Shown: one piece after another, positions 1 to 9,820 of the stretch
Layout of the letters: the number at the start of each line of letters is the position of its first letter
Numbering within the stretch: the first letter of the stretch is position 1
NCBI GenBank assembly: GCA_963727455.1
Contig: CAVSGG010000011.1
Coordinates: 1 to 64,000, forward strand
Source: Candidatus Krumholzibacteriota bacterium
Lineage (GTDB): Bacteria; Krumholzibacteriota; Krumholzibacteriia; JAJRXK01
Direction: 5' to 3'
Length of the DNA: 64,000 nt
The notes under the pieces: model-generated
What the model was told of the DNA's origin: nothing
What the model saw: only the letters and a program-made list of their open reading frames with translations
Databases searched by the model: none
Position numbers and translations under genes: made by a program

Positions 1-582
1 GGCCCGCACGATGATCCCATGCAGGGAGCCTTCGGATTTCAGTTCGAGCAGGATCTTGGTCGCAATGATCTGGCAAACGACACCGGCCAGCTGATCGGCG
101 CTGCCCCGGCCCCACACCAGGTGATCCCATTCCTCGCGCGGGGGCATCCAACCCAACTCGCCGCGCAGAAATTTCTCGTCGAGCTTCTTTTCGTCCACGA
201 CTCCGTCGTAGCAATCGACGCCGCCCGTCGCCTGGGGCCAGCGATCGCGCAAAGCGGCCACCGTGTCGGTATGACCGTCGTACCACACGACCGTCTTGTC
301 CTTGGCCGGCATCTTGTCGTCCCTGTCCTCTACCTTCCAGGTCAGATTGCCGAATTCGTCGAAGCCGACATCCTCCGCCTTTTCCACGGCACCGATTTCC
401 ACGATCTTCTTTTTGAGGTATTCCAGTCGCGGACCCTCGTGGTTGGATAGTCCGCAAAGGGGATCTCCGCCCTGATCGGGGGAGCGATCCACGTAATCGG
501 CCGGAATTCGCACTGCCTCGCGCAAAATTTCCATGGCGATGGGACGATACTGTACGGCGAGTTCACGAATTCTCTGATCCAA
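1..582 (-). CDS. M20 family metallohydrolase, YgeY-like (3' end outside window)
   Basis: Not in the ORF track. Manual translation from TTG at 582 (AGGAG upstream) gives MDQRIRELAVQYRPIAMEILREAVRIP...WYDGHTDTV...VWGRGSADQLAG, carrying M20 metal-binding motifs. It follows the ygeW-like gene. Confidence 0.8.
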   Translation of the reverse strand, partial: MDQRIRELAVQYRPIAMEILREAVRIPADYVDRSPDQGGDPLCGLSNHEGPRLEYLKKKIVEIGAVEKAEDVGFDEFGNLTWKVEDRDDKMPAKDKTVVWYDGHTDTVAALRDRWPQATGGVDCYDGVVDEKKLDEKFLRGELGWMPPREEWDHLVWGRGSADQLAGVVCQIIATKILLELKSEGSLHGIIVRA

Positions 583-593
583 AGTTCTCTCCT

Positions 594-1739
594 TCAATCG
601 AGTAGTTGCAGAAGGCGTGCGCGCAACCGGGGCTGTTTGGCCACCGCGAGAAGCGCCATCATCACGTAGACTTTCTTGTTTGCTTCGCGCGCCACGTCGA
701 CCCTGGCCGCCTCCATGACCTTGGGACTCACCTCGGCACCAATGTCCGCGGGCAGGCAGTGCATGTAGAGGGTGTTCGGCCCTCGTGTCAAGCGCATCCT
801 CCGCTCATCGCAGATCCACGAAATGTAGGCGCGATTTCTCTCGAGCGCTTTCTTCTCGATCTCTTTCATCCTTTGCTGGTCGCTGGCGCGATTGGCTTGC
901 ACGCGTTCCAACATGAGATCGTAGGGGCCCCAGCTCTTGGGATAGACAACATCGGCGCCTTCGAAGGCGGCATCCATGTCGTGTCCGACGCTGAGGCTTC
1001 CGCCGTGCTCCTTCGCGAAGCGCTTGCCCGCTTCGAGCATTTCCGGCATGAGTTCGTAGCCTTCCGGGTGCGCCAAACGCACGTGCATGCCGAAACGGGT
1101 CATGAGAGTGATTACCCCTTGAGGAACCGAAAGCGGTTTCGCATAGGACGGTGAATAGGCCCAACTCATGGCAATGGTCTTGCCTTCAAGTCCCTCAGGG
1201 AAGCGCTCGCGTAGCCAGGCCAGGTCGGCCAGAGTCTGCGTGGGATGATCGATGTCACACTGCAGGTTCACCATAGGCACGACCCGGTCGTCACCAATCG
1301 CATCGAGGTATTCCACGATGCCGCGGTAGGCGTCGCGCATGAAGGAATTGCCCTCGCCGAGAATAAGATCGTGCCGCACCCCCAAGGCGTGCGCGTTCAT
1401 TCCTAACATGGCGCCGGTCTCCGCCGCGGTTTCCCCGTGCGAGACCTGAGTGCTTCCCCCGTCGAGGATGACCGGCCTCGCACCAAGACGCGCCGAGGCT
1501 CCCGCCCAGGCGGAGCGGGTACGAGTGGAGGAATCGAAGAAGAGGGACAGGAAGAGCTCGTTGGGAAAGAGCGGGGTCGCAATGCGCGCCAAATCCAGCG
1601 CCTGGAAAGTGTCGACGAGATCGAGCAGAACGGAAATTTCCGGTTGCGACCATTCCCGCGTGAGGAAGAGGGAGCGACCTTCCAGGTGCGCAAGAATGCT
1701 TTCGTCGAGTTTCTCGATGAGCTGCCGTGCTTCGATCAT
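594..1739 (-). CDS. ygeW: Knotted carbamoyltransferase YgeW-like (ATCase/OTCase family)
   Basis: Motifs DSSTRTR, NLQCDIDHPTQ, SWAYSPSYAKPLSVPQG, YPKSW and MHCLPAD. The ATG at 1739 overlaps the upstream stop (ATGA). Confidence 0.85.
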   Translation of the reverse strand: MIEARQLIEKLDESILAHLEGRSLFLTREWSQPEISVLLDLVDTFQALDLARIATPLFPNELFLSLFFDSSTRTRSAWAGASARLGARPVILDGGSTQVSHGETAAETGAMLGMNAHALGVRHDLILGEGNSFMRDAYRGIVEYLDAIGDDRVVPMVNLQCDIDHPTQTLADLAWLRERFPEGLEGKTIAMSWAYSPSYAKPLSVPQGVITLMTRFGMHVRLAHPEGYELMPEMLEAGKRFAKEHGGSLSVGHDMDAAFEGADVVYPKSWGPYDLMLERVQANRASDQQRMKEIEKKALERNRAYISWICDERRMRLTRGPNTLYMHCLPADIGAEVSPKVMEAARVDVAREANKKVYVMMALLAVAKQPRLRARLLQLLD

Positions 1740-3733
1740 GATTGCCTCGCAAGACTCTGAATGTAATTGGGGGCGTCGCCCTCCAGGGCGGCGTCCAGTA
1801 ACCACTCCATCAAGTGGAAATAGGTCAAATCGATCTGCTCAGGACCGCTTCCGGTCGCGTGTCGCACATCCTCGCCCCGCCAGCTCAGGTCGAATCCGCG
1901 GCCACGGTAGCGCACCCGATCCCCTTCTCTCTCGCAGAGGAACTCCTGTCCTTCGAATCGGCCAAGCACCCTCTCGCCTTCCCCCACTCTCTCCAGATAG
2001 AACCCGTCATACTCTTTCCAGCGCCGCCACTGCGACTCGCTGCCAAAAAAGCGCGGCTTCAGGATGTAAGGCCCGCCGTCCTCCGGACAGAAGATGTCAC
2101 AGTTGCCACATTCGTTGCAAAAGTCGGCGAAATTGGCGATCTGATGCCGTTCGTCCAATTCGATCATCGGCGCCTCGCGCAACTCCCACTCCTCTTCGCG
2201 GCGCTTCAGGAACCCGCTCTTAATGCGGCGCGTGCCGCTTCGGAGGATGAAGTTGGCGTCATTGGGACAAACAGGTAAGCACTTGTCGCAGCTGACGCAA
2301 TCGAAGAACTCGAGCTGACTGCCGATCTTCTTGGGCGTCTTGCGGTTCTTCGCCTGCCGGTAGCGCTCCTCGCCGGCGAGGGAATCCAAGTAAGCGTCGG
2401 TGTTGACGAGTACCGCCTGCAGGAGATCTTTTGCCCTCGTTCCTGAACCGCCTTGCTGAAGGGATGCTTCGGCTCGCGAGTCTGATCTGTGGCGCGCCGC
2501 TTCGGCCAGAATGAACTCTTCGCGCGTCTTGGCGCCGACCGCATCCATGCGGCTTTCAAGCTGACGATAGTATCCCCCCAAGCGGCCGTAGCCACCCGTC
2601 TTCAGCAGGTCACTGCATACGGTTACCGGAACCAGCCCCAAGGCGACCGCGTCGGGGAAGTTGAACCTGTCGATGCCGGCGCTGAAGGAGATGGGGAAGC
2701 GCAACTTGAACTGATGGCGGAAGCGGGCCACCAGATGCATGGCCAATACGTGCAAAGGAGGGCCGGAGAGGTAGACTTCCTTTTCCTCAGGCGGCAGGAA
2801 GCCGGCGGTGTTTTCCACGATGAGAGTATTGGTGAGCTTTGCCCCCAGGCTCAGTCCCAGTTCTCGCGCGGTTTCATCCAGACTCTCCATGATTTCGACT
2901 GCGCGTTCGAATGGCATGTCTCGTTCGAACGCACTGTCGGGAATGCGAATCTCGTCATAGCCCAGTTCGTCGTGCAAGAGACTGCGCGCGTGTTGTGGCC
3001 CCAGGAGCATGGGATTGAACTTGACCACGCAGTGGATGCCCAGATGCCTCATCAAAAATTCCACGATGGATTCGATCTCTTCGGGAGGACACCCATGGAA
3101 AGTCGAGAGCGTGAGGGTGTTGGAAAGGCGCTTGGGAAAGTCGAGATCCCGCAGAGCCGAGAACTCAGAGGGGATCTGCGCGCGCAAGCGGTTTACGACC
3201 TCGCGGCAATCGAGCATGTTCTTCAGGAATGTCTGGACTCTCTCGCTCTTGATTCCGGCGAGATCGTAACCCACGCTCATGTCCCAGATGAGATCAGTGA
3301 ACGAGGGAGAGAGCTCGAGCTCGCCGCTTTCCTGGAGCATCTGCGCCAGCATGGCGCCCTTGACGTACTCTTCCAGCGCGGCCTCCAGCTTGAGTTCCTG
3401 AGACCATTCCGCGTTATAGCCCACGTTGCGCATGTCGATGCAGGGCCGCGGAATCTTCAATTCATCCTGAATTTGTACCGTCTTGAGTTCGAAAAACCGC
3501 GAACCGCCTAGCCAGGACAAAACGAGGTTCTGCGCCATCTGGGTGTGCGGCCCGGCGGCCGGACCCAAGGGCGAAGCGACCCGGCTGTCGGCGAAGGGTG
3601 CGCTGAGATCGTAGTTCGAGTTGCCCGTATGGAACTTCGCGCGCGGCAAGTCGAAGATGCGGTCGTGCGTCCGCAATTCGTGAAAAGCGCGCCGTACGAG
3701 CGCCGGGAAGGGATAGGGCACCAATTCTGCCAT
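1736..3733 (-). CDS. ygfK: YgfK-like Fe-S oxidoreductase, short form lacking the central FAD/NAD module
   Basis: N-terminal GPAAGPHTQMAQN, ELKTVQ, PCID and TLSTFHGCPP motifs as in YgfK. C-terminal CVSCDKCLPVCP and CNECGNCDIFCP ferredoxin motifs. No GxGxxG region. Confidence 0.75.
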   Translation of the reverse strand: MAELVPYPFPALVRRAFHELRTHDRIFDLPRAKFHTGNSNYDLSAPFADSRVASPLGPAAGPHTQMAQNLVLSWLGGSRFFELKTVQIQDELKIPRPCIDMRNVGYNAEWSQELKLEAALEEYVKGAMLAQMLQESGELELSPSFTDLIWDMSVGYDLAGIKSERVQTFLKNMLDCREVVNRLRAQIPSEFSALRDLDFPKRLSNTLTLSTFHGCPPEEIESIVEFLMRHLGIHCVVKFNPMLLGPQHARSLLHDELGYDEIRIPDSAFERDMPFERAVEIMESLDETARELGLSLGAKLTNTLIVENTAGFLPPEEKEVYLSGPPLHVLAMHLVARFRHQFKLRFPISFSAGIDRFNFPDAVALGLVPVTVCSDLLKTGGYGRLGGYYRQLESRMDAVGAKTREEFILAEAARHRSDSRAEASLQQGGSGTRAKDLLQAVLVNTDAYLDSLAGEERYRQAKNRKTPKKIGSQLEFFDCVSCDKCLPVCPNDANFILRSGTRRIKSGFLKRREEEWELREAPMIELDERHQIANFADFCNECGNCDIFCPEDGGPYILKPRFFGSESQWRRWKEYDGFYLERVGEGERVLGRFEGQEFLCEREGDRVRYRGRGFDLSWRGEDVRHATGSGPEQIDLTYFHLMEWLLDAALEGDAPNYIQSLARQS

Positions 3734-3986
3734 TGAACGATGAACCTTCGGCAATGAATGAGGAGGATACAGTCTAGGTCCTTGTTGCCCTCAGCTCAAG
3801 TCCCCTGCCGCCAAATCGCGCCATGGTGACGGTTTCTATCGAGTCGGCGCGAACGCCCTTTTTGCACGGGAGGGCTTGATTGGAGTCAGAGCTTGCATAT
3901 CCTTCGGTAGGAGTTCCTCGGAGGACGATCCCTGCCGGCCCCGGCGGTTATTCTCCGGACTCGACACCTCTCAACCGAGGCGCCGC

Positions 3987-4730
3987 ATGCGCATCCATCT
4001 CTTCGTTCCTTGCTTCGTGGATCATTTCTCTCCCGAGGTCGCCTGGGCCTGCGCGCGAATTCTACAGCGCCTGGGTCACGAAGTCATCGTGCCCGAGACC
4101 CAGACCTGCTGCGGTCAGCCGGGGTACAACAGCGGCTATCTCGAAGAGAGCGTCGAGGTCGCCCGGCAGTGGTTGAGTTCCTTCGCCGAAGCGGAAGCGG
4201 TGGTCGGGAGCTCGGGTTCGTGCGTCGCTTTCGTGCGCAGCAAGTTCCCCGGCTTCTTCGCCGACACCCCGCTTCAGGTCGAGGCCGTCGAGCTCGCCAG
4301 CCGCACCTGGGAACTGAGTTCTTTTCTGGTGGACGTGCTCGGCGTCGATGATCTGGGAGCTCGCTATGAGGGCAAAGCCACCTTTCACGACGGTTGTCAC
4401 GGTCTGCGCGAGCTGGGGCTGGGCAAGCAGGCGCGACAGCTGCTTGCGAAAGTCGATGGCCTGGAACTGGTCGAAATGAACCGAAACGATCTCTGCTGCG
4501 GATTCGGGGGCTCTTTTTCCGTGAAGCTGCCGGAACTCTCGGTGGCGATGGCCGATGCCAAATTGCGGGAGATCGAGGCCACCGGAGCCAATCTTCTCAT
4601 TTCGACCGAACCCATGTGTCTCAGTCAACTCATCACGCGAGCGAAACGACGTGGGCTTGGGATACGTTCCGTTCATCTGGCCAATGTACTCGACCACCGG
4701 ATCGACGAAAGGCAGGGGGACGGAAGATGA
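3987..4730 (+). CDS. lutA: Lactate utilization protein A (CCG-domain Fe-S protein)
   Basis: MRIHLFVPCFVD start, QTCCGQP, SGSC, FHDGCH and CCGFGGSF motifs. First gene of a lutABC triad. Confidence 0.88.
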   Translation: MRIHLFVPCFVDHFSPEVAWACARILQRLGHEVIVPETQTCCGQPGYNSGYLEESVEVARQWLSSFAEAEAVVGSSGSCVAFVRSKFPGFFADTPLQVEAVELASRTWELSSFLVDVLGVDDLGARYEGKATFHDGCHGLRELGLGKQARQLLAKVDGLELVEMNRNDLCCGFGGSFSVKLPELSVAMADAKLREIEATGANLLISTEPMCLSQLITRAKRRGLGIRSVHLANVLDHRIDERQGDGR

Positions 4731-6121
4731 GTTTGACCGCCCTGCGTAAGCGACTGGTATCGGCCCTGGCAGACCCGGCCCTCTCTCTGCCCTATGAAAA
4801 GGCGACCGCAACCGCTCGCGCCAAGCGGGCTCAAGCCGTCGCCGAGCTACCCGACTTCGAAGAGCAGCGCACGCTCGCGGCGCGTGCCCGCCGAGATTCG
4901 GTCGAAAATCTCCAGGAGCTGATCCGTCTTTTCGAAGAGCGTTTCACGCACGACGGTGGGCACATCCACCGCGCGCACGATACTTTGGCGGCGCGCGAAT
5001 GTGTCACGCGAATTCTCTCCCACTATCAAGCGCGCAGCGTAGTGAAGGGAAAGTCGATGCTGAGCGAGGAGATCGGACTCAACGAGCATCTCCTAGCTGA
5101 GGGATACGAAGTCTATGAAAGCGATCTGGGCGAATTCATCGTGCAGCTCGCCGGGCAACGACCGAGTCACATCACCGCTCCCGCGCTCCATCTCAGCCGC
5201 GTGGACATCGCGCATCTCTTCCATGAGAAACTGGGCGTCGAATACACCGAGGATCCGGTGCAGCTCACGAAAATCGCCCGCACCGCCCTTCGCGAACGAT
5301 TCCTCGGAGCCGACGCGGGGATTACCGGCGCGAACTTCCTGGTCGCGGACACTGGACAGATCGTACTGCTGGAGAACGAGGCCAACATCCGCATGAGCGC
5401 GACACTGCCCAGAGTCCACATCGCGGTGGTGGGTCTGGAGAAGGTCATTCGATCCAGCGTCGATCTCGGTCCCCTGTTGAGCGTGCTGGCGCGCAGTGCC
5501 ACCGGACAGAAGATGGGGGCCTATACCTCTATTCTGGGAGCGGATGGGTCGCCACCGCGTCACGTGGTTCTGGTGGACAACGGTCGCAGCACCCTCGCGC
5601 AGAACTCGGTTCGCAGCGAGATCCTGAGCTGCATCCGATGCGGCGCGTGCTTGAACGTGTGTCCGGTGTACGAGCGCATCGGTGGACACGCCTACGACTC
5701 GGCCTACAGCGGTCCCATCGGAGCGCTCCTGGGTCCGCATCATCTCGGAACGGATCACGGGGAAGATCTGCCTTTCGCGAGCAGTCTGTGCGGCGCCTGC
5801 AGTGAAGTGTGTCCGGTGAAGATCGACATTGCCAATCTCCTCCGCTCCGAGCGCCAGCGCTACGTCGAAACCAGCGGCGCTTCCGTCTCCGAACGCTTCG
5901 GCTGGTGGGTCTGGTCACAAGTCATGATCCGGCCGAAGCTCTATCGCATCCTGGCTCGGGTGGCGCGCGGGATCCTGCAAGGTCCCGGCTTGGGCCACGG
6001 GGGTAACACTGCCATGGGCGCCTGGGTCCAGGGACGCGAGCTTCCTGAACCCGCCCCGACCTCTTTCGTGCATCAGTGGAGCCGCGCGGGAGGCAGGGTT
6101 TCCCGGGGGAAACGCCTATGA
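4727..6121 (+). CDS. lutB: Lactate utilization protein B (LUD plus 4Fe-4S)
   Basis: KGKSMLSEE, ESDLGEFIVQL, PSHITAPALH, CIRCGACLNVCPVY and SSLCGACSEVCPVKI. ATGA overlap with lutA. Confidence 0.92.
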   Translation: MSLTALRKRLVSALADPALSLPYEKATATARAKRAQAVAELPDFEEQRTLAARARRDSVENLQELIRLFEERFTHDGGHIHRAHDTLAARECVTRILSHYQARSVVKGKSMLSEEIGLNEHLLAEGYEVYESDLGEFIVQLAGQRPSHITAPALHLSRVDIAHLFHEKLGVEYTEDPVQLTKIARTALRERFLGADAGITGANFLVADTGQIVLLENEANIRMSATLPRVHIAVVGLEKVIRSSVDLGPLLSVLARSATGQKMGAYTSILGADGSPPRHVVLVDNGRSTLAQNSVRSEILSCIRCGACLNVCPVYERIGGHAYDSAYSGPIGALLGPHHLGTDHGEDLPFASSLCGACSEVCPVKIDIANLLRSERQRYVETSGASVSERFGWWVWSQVMIRPKLYRILARVARGILQGPGLGHGGNTAMGAWVQGRELPEPAPTSFVHQWSRAGGRVSRGKRL

Positions 6122-6149
6122 ACTTCGATGCCCGAACCGGTAGGCAGAG

Positions 6150-6815
6150 GTGCCCATGAACCTGGTCGATCGCTTCTGCCGCGAGATGCAACCGCTGCTG
6201 AAGACCAAGGACAGCGTCCATGGCGCGGTACAGCGGTGTGAGAGCTACGCGGAGGCCGGTCGTCAGGTGGCGGAACTCCTTCACCGCGAGAACTTGCGGC
6301 GCGTCATCGTAGCCGCGCGCGAGGAACTCGATCCGGCGATCGATGCCATGCACGGCGCTCTGCGCGAATTCGAAGCGAGCGTTACCGGGGGTGAAGCCGT
6401 CCGGATCGAACGGGAAACACCCACCCAGGAGAAACTCGGTGATTCCTCGCGCACCTTCGGTGAGTACGCCCACTACGAAGTTGGCATTGGAGGGGCGGAC
6501 GTCCTCATCGCTGAATCCGCGACCATCGGCCTCAGAATGGGCCCTTACGAATCGCGCGCACTCTCGCTCTTGCCTCCCACTCACATCGTCATCGCCTCCA
6601 CCTCCAAGCTGGTGGAACGCATCCACGATGCGCTCGAAAGTTCTTTCACGCACTTGAACCGCAAGAGGGGTTCCTCCCGCGAAAACGAGGCCGGCACGTC
6701 GCCCACTCTCACCCTCATCACGGGGCCCAGCCGCACCGCGGACATCGAGAAGATTCTCGTGCTTCCCGCGCACGGGCCTTCGCAACTCTATCTGTGGCTC
6801 GTCGAGGAGAGCTAG
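6150..6815 (+). CDS. lutC: Lactate utilization protein C (LUD domain)
   Basis: SLLPPTHI and ITGPSRTADIEKILVLPAHGP motifs. Confidence 0.88.
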   Translation: MPMNLVDRFCREMQPLLKTKDSVHGAVQRCESYAEAGRQVAELLHRENLRRVIVAAREELDPAIDAMHGALREFEASVTGGEAVRIERETPTQEKLGDSSRTFGEYAHYEVGIGGADVLIAESATIGLRMGPYESRALSLLPPTHIVIASTSKLVERIHDALESSFTHLNRKRGSSRENEAGTSPTLTLITGPSRTADIEKILVLPAHGPSQLYLWLVEES

Positions 6816-6846
6816 AGAGACGCTCCGAGGGGTTCGGAGTCTCTAG
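6812..6846. terminator. Hairpin between convergent lutC and mqnA, possible terminator
   Basis: CTAGAGA...CTCCGA-loop-TCGGAG-TCTCTAG bulged inverted repeat. No clear U-tract. Confidence 0.4.
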
Positions 6847-6852
6847 GGAAGT

Positions 6853-7671
6853 TCAGGCGACCGCCAGCTGGACCGTTTCGCGCCCGTTGCACAGGTTGTG
6901 CTCACGCGCCAACTCGGCAAAGCGCTGCAGCCCGGCCAGCTCGCTCTCCGCCATGTCGTAACAGATGGAATGGGACCAGTAGTCCATCAACTCCTGGACT
7001 CCGTGTCCGGTGCGTAGCGCGTGATCGGCGGCGAGCTGCTCGAGCTGCGCAAAGCCCTCTTGCTTAGCGGACTTTAGAATCGAAAGGAGCAGAGCGCGGC
7101 GTTCTCGTGATTCATCTCGCGAGTAGGCGGGAGAGAGAACCCACACCGCGAATACGAAAGGCAGATGCGTGAGTTCGTACCACATGGCGCCCAAGTCATA
7201 TTCGTAGATCCGACTCGCGTCCACTTTCATGGCGCGATCTCCGATGATCAGAGCGGTGTCGTGTTCACAGAAGGGATCTTCGGAGCGCGGCGTCACCGTG
7301 TGCAGATCGGGTTGGCGGTCGAAAAGCTCCGCCAAGAGAATTCTCAGAAGGGCAACGCTGCTGCGGCTGCCGCGATCGACCGCAATCGTTTCCGCCTCGT
7401 CGAGGGGAATCTTGGAGAAGACTTTCACGCTATGCACCGGGCCCTTGGCGCCGATGCAGATACCGGGAACGATGTCTCCTCCCACACCGCGCAAATATTC
7501 GATCACGGGAATCATGCCCACGTCGACCTGAGCTTCGTAGAGACGGTCGGCGAGTCGGCTGGGCACTTCGCGCGAGAGCAGAACGTCGTCGCGTTCATCG
7601 AGGCCGTGGATGAGCGGCACCGTGTTCAAGAACGAGACCGCTCCCACCCGATGGATAATGGATGAACTCAT
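6853..7671 (-). CDS. mqnA: Chorismate dehydratase (futalosine pathway)
   Basis: VGAVSFLNTVPL, GPVHSV, SRSSVALL, LIIGDRA and DLGAMWYELTHLPFVFAVW motifs. Confidence 0.9.
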   Translation of the reverse strand: MSSSIIHRVGAVSFLNTVPLIHGLDERDDVLLSREVPSRLADRLYEAQVDVGMIPVIEYLRGVGGDIVPGICIGAKGPVHSVKVFSKIPLDEAETIAVDRGSRSSVALLRILLAELFDRQPDLHTVTPRSEDPFCEHDTALIIGDRAMKVDASRIYEYDLGAMWYELTHLPFVFAVWVLSPAYSRDESRERRALLLSILKSAKQEGFAQLEQLAADHALRTGHGVQELMDYWSHSICYDMAESELAGLQRFAELAREHNLCNGRETVQLAVA

Positions 7672-8768
7672 GCTTCGTCACTCTCCCGGGAAAATTCCTC
7701 AAAGATGCCATTGCGCAAGACGGGTTCGTAACCGGCCTCGGTCAACCAGGCCTCGATCTCGTCCAGATTCATGTCGAAGGTATCCGCAGTCTCGCGCGGG
7801 GTACGCTTGCAGTCGAAGAGATGACCCTCGAGATCGTCCACCCCACTCGCAAGAGTGAGATGTGCCATCTTCAGATCACTGCATGCATAGAGCATGCGCA
7901 GATGATTTATTCCGCTGCCACAGACCCGGCTGAGCGCGAAAACCTCCAAATCCTGTCGACCCTGGGTAATTGCTTCGTTCGCGCCGCCCTCCGGCCGCTT
8001 CGGGTCGCAAATCACCGGGGCCAGCGAGTGGAACACCCCGCACGCATGCTGCACCCGCGCGATAGCTTCTAGCTGATCGAGCACCGAGCCCGTGTCGTGA
8101 GCGGGTCCGAAGAGCACGGTGGCATTTCCCACAAGGCCAGCCTCCCCCGCAGCCAGCCAGAAGGAAGACCAGCTCTTTGCGCCTTCCTCACCCTGCGCAG
8201 GATGGTGCAGGGGCCGCACTCCATCGGAGATGAGCTTTAGACCTGCGGCGCGGGCCTCACCGAGAACGCTTGCATCCGCACCCGCGTCGATCCAGAGGTC
8301 GGTACTGCCCAGCTGGAAAGTCGGAACGATACGACGACTCGCGGCACCGCTCCCGCTCGAAGCTGGAGTTCCCAAGTCGGCGAGAGCATCCGCGCAGGCG
8401 CCGGCATACTCGACGAGCCGCGCGCTCGACAATCCCCTCTTCAAGATGACCTGATAGTCTCCGGCCGACGGATGGGCCCGCTCGAGCAAGGCCGTACCCA
8501 GCTCGTGCGGGGAGCCCGCGGGGAGACGCAAATCGGGAGATTCTCCCAGATCGATTCCACTCAGAGGACTGAAACGTTCCCCCACTCCCCAATTCAGGGT
8601 ACGAAGCAACACATATCGCGTGAGACGGCCGTGTCTTCGGCGGCGCTCGTGGTCCGCGCGCGCGGCCAGGGCCAGAGGATCCGCATCTCCCACGGCGTTC
8701 AAGAGGCTCTTCTTGTCCAAAATCACGTTCACTATGAGATCCTCGGGTCGACCCGCAGGGTAGTCCAT
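7668..8768 (-). CDS. MqnE/CofH-like protein lacking the radical-SAM CxxxCxxC motif
   Basis: Both termini resemble MqnE/CofH (LAARADHERRRRHG; LASGVDDLEG...EAGYEPVLRN). It lies between mqnP and mqnA. No cysteine triad. Confidence 0.65.
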   Translation of the reverse strand: MDYPAGRPEDLIVNVILDKKSLLNAVGDADPLALAARADHERRRRHGRLTRYVLLRTLNWGVGERFSPLSGIDLGESPDLRLPAGSPHELGTALLERAHPSAGDYQVILKRGLSSARLVEYAGACADALADLGTPASSGSGAASRRIVPTFQLGSTDLWIDAGADASVLGEARAAGLKLISDGVRPLHHPAQGEEGAKSWSSFWLAAGEAGLVGNATVLFGPAHDTGSVLDQLEAIARVQHACGVFHSLAPVICDPKRPEGGANEAITQGRQDLEVFALSRVCGSGINHLRMLYACSDLKMAHLTLASGVDDLEGHLFDCKRTPRETADTFDMNLDEIEAWLTEAGYEPVLRNGIFEEFSRESDEA

Positions 8769-8792
8769 CGCGCCCTTGGGCGCCAGAACTGC

Positions 8793-9659
8793 TCAGTGTA
8801 GGTAGATCTCCCCCAAGACGAACACAAAGAGCGTGACGCCCACCCAGGAATTCACCTGGAAAAACGCTCTGTCGATATTCTGCAGATCCCCGCGGCGAAC
8901 GAGCCAGTGCTCGTAAAAGAGAAGGAAGGCGGTGGCGAGAATCCCCAATGACCAGAGTGTCCCCAAGCGTTCCACTCGCCCCGCCATCAGAAGGCACAGG
9001 ACACTCCCGGCGTGCGAGAGGCGGGCCAAAAGTAGCGCGCGCCGATCGCCCAGGGCCGCACTCATGCTGTGCAAGCCCTCCTTGCGGTCGAAGTGCGTGT
9101 CCTGGCAGGCGTAAATCATGTCGAATCCCGCCACCCAGAGAATCACGGCGCCCCCCAGCCAAAGCGGAAAACTCGCGAAGCTACCCCGAACCGCGAGCCA
9201 CGCTCCGACCGGCGCGATGGCCAGCGCCAATCCCAAGAGGAAATGTGTGAGCGCGGTGAAGCGTTTGGCGATCGAATAGAAGAAAATGATGGCGAGGGCC
9301 AGCGGAGAGAGACGCAGACACAGTGGATTGAGTTGCCAGGCCGCGATAACCAGAATACCCGCCATCAGTGCGGTGAAGACCCACACCGGCCCACGGCTGA
9401 GCTGACCGCTGGGTAGTTCGCGCGAACGCGTCCGTGGGTTCCGCGCATCGACGGCGTGATCCACCAGCCGATTGAAGGCCATCGCGGCGCTGCGCGCCCC
9501 CACCATCGCGACCACGATCCACAGCACCACACGTCCCGCTGGGCGCCCATCGCTGGCCACCAGCATCGAAATCAGGGCGAAAGGAAGGGCGAAGATCGTG
9601 TGCTCGATCTTGATGGCGCGCAGAGTTTTGGCAAGAGCGTTGGACAAAACTGAACTCAT
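8793..9659 (-). CDS. mqnP: UbiA-family polyprenyltransferase (MqnP type)
   Basis: IKIEHTIFALPF, ARSAAMAFNRLVDHAVDARNPRT and GFDMIYACQD motifs. Multiple TM segments. Confidence 0.88.
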   Translation of the reverse strand: MSSVLSNALAKTLRAIKIEHTIFALPFALISMLVASDGRPAGRVVLWIVVAMVGARSAAMAFNRLVDHAVDARNPRTRSRELPSGQLSRGPVWVFTALMAGILVIAAWQLNPLCLRLSPLALAIIFFYSIAKRFTALTHFLLGLALAIAPVGAWLAVRGSFASFPLWLGGAVILWVAGFDMIYACQDTHFDRKEGLHSMSAALGDRRALLLARLSHAGSVLCLLMAGRVERLGTLWSLGILATAFLLFYEHWLVRRGDLQNIDRAFFQVNSWVGVTLFVFVLGEIYLH

Positions 9660-9820
9660 TTTAGGGCTAGAGGCGGGCCCCGGAGAAGGTCCCCGCGCCC
9701 GACCCCTCGACCGCCCCTCGATCGAATCCACCGCGGGATGAGGAAGGCCAGACTGTAGTGGATTGGTCGCCGATTTCACAACACCCTAAATTGAGCAAGG
9801 CACACCCTCTCGGGAGATCC

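Noticed and set aside
1-3754. Selenocysteine readthrough in the Se-linked yge/ygf genes
   Set aside because: No in-frame TGA interrupts these ORFs. The ygfK TGA is a normal stop overlapping the next start.
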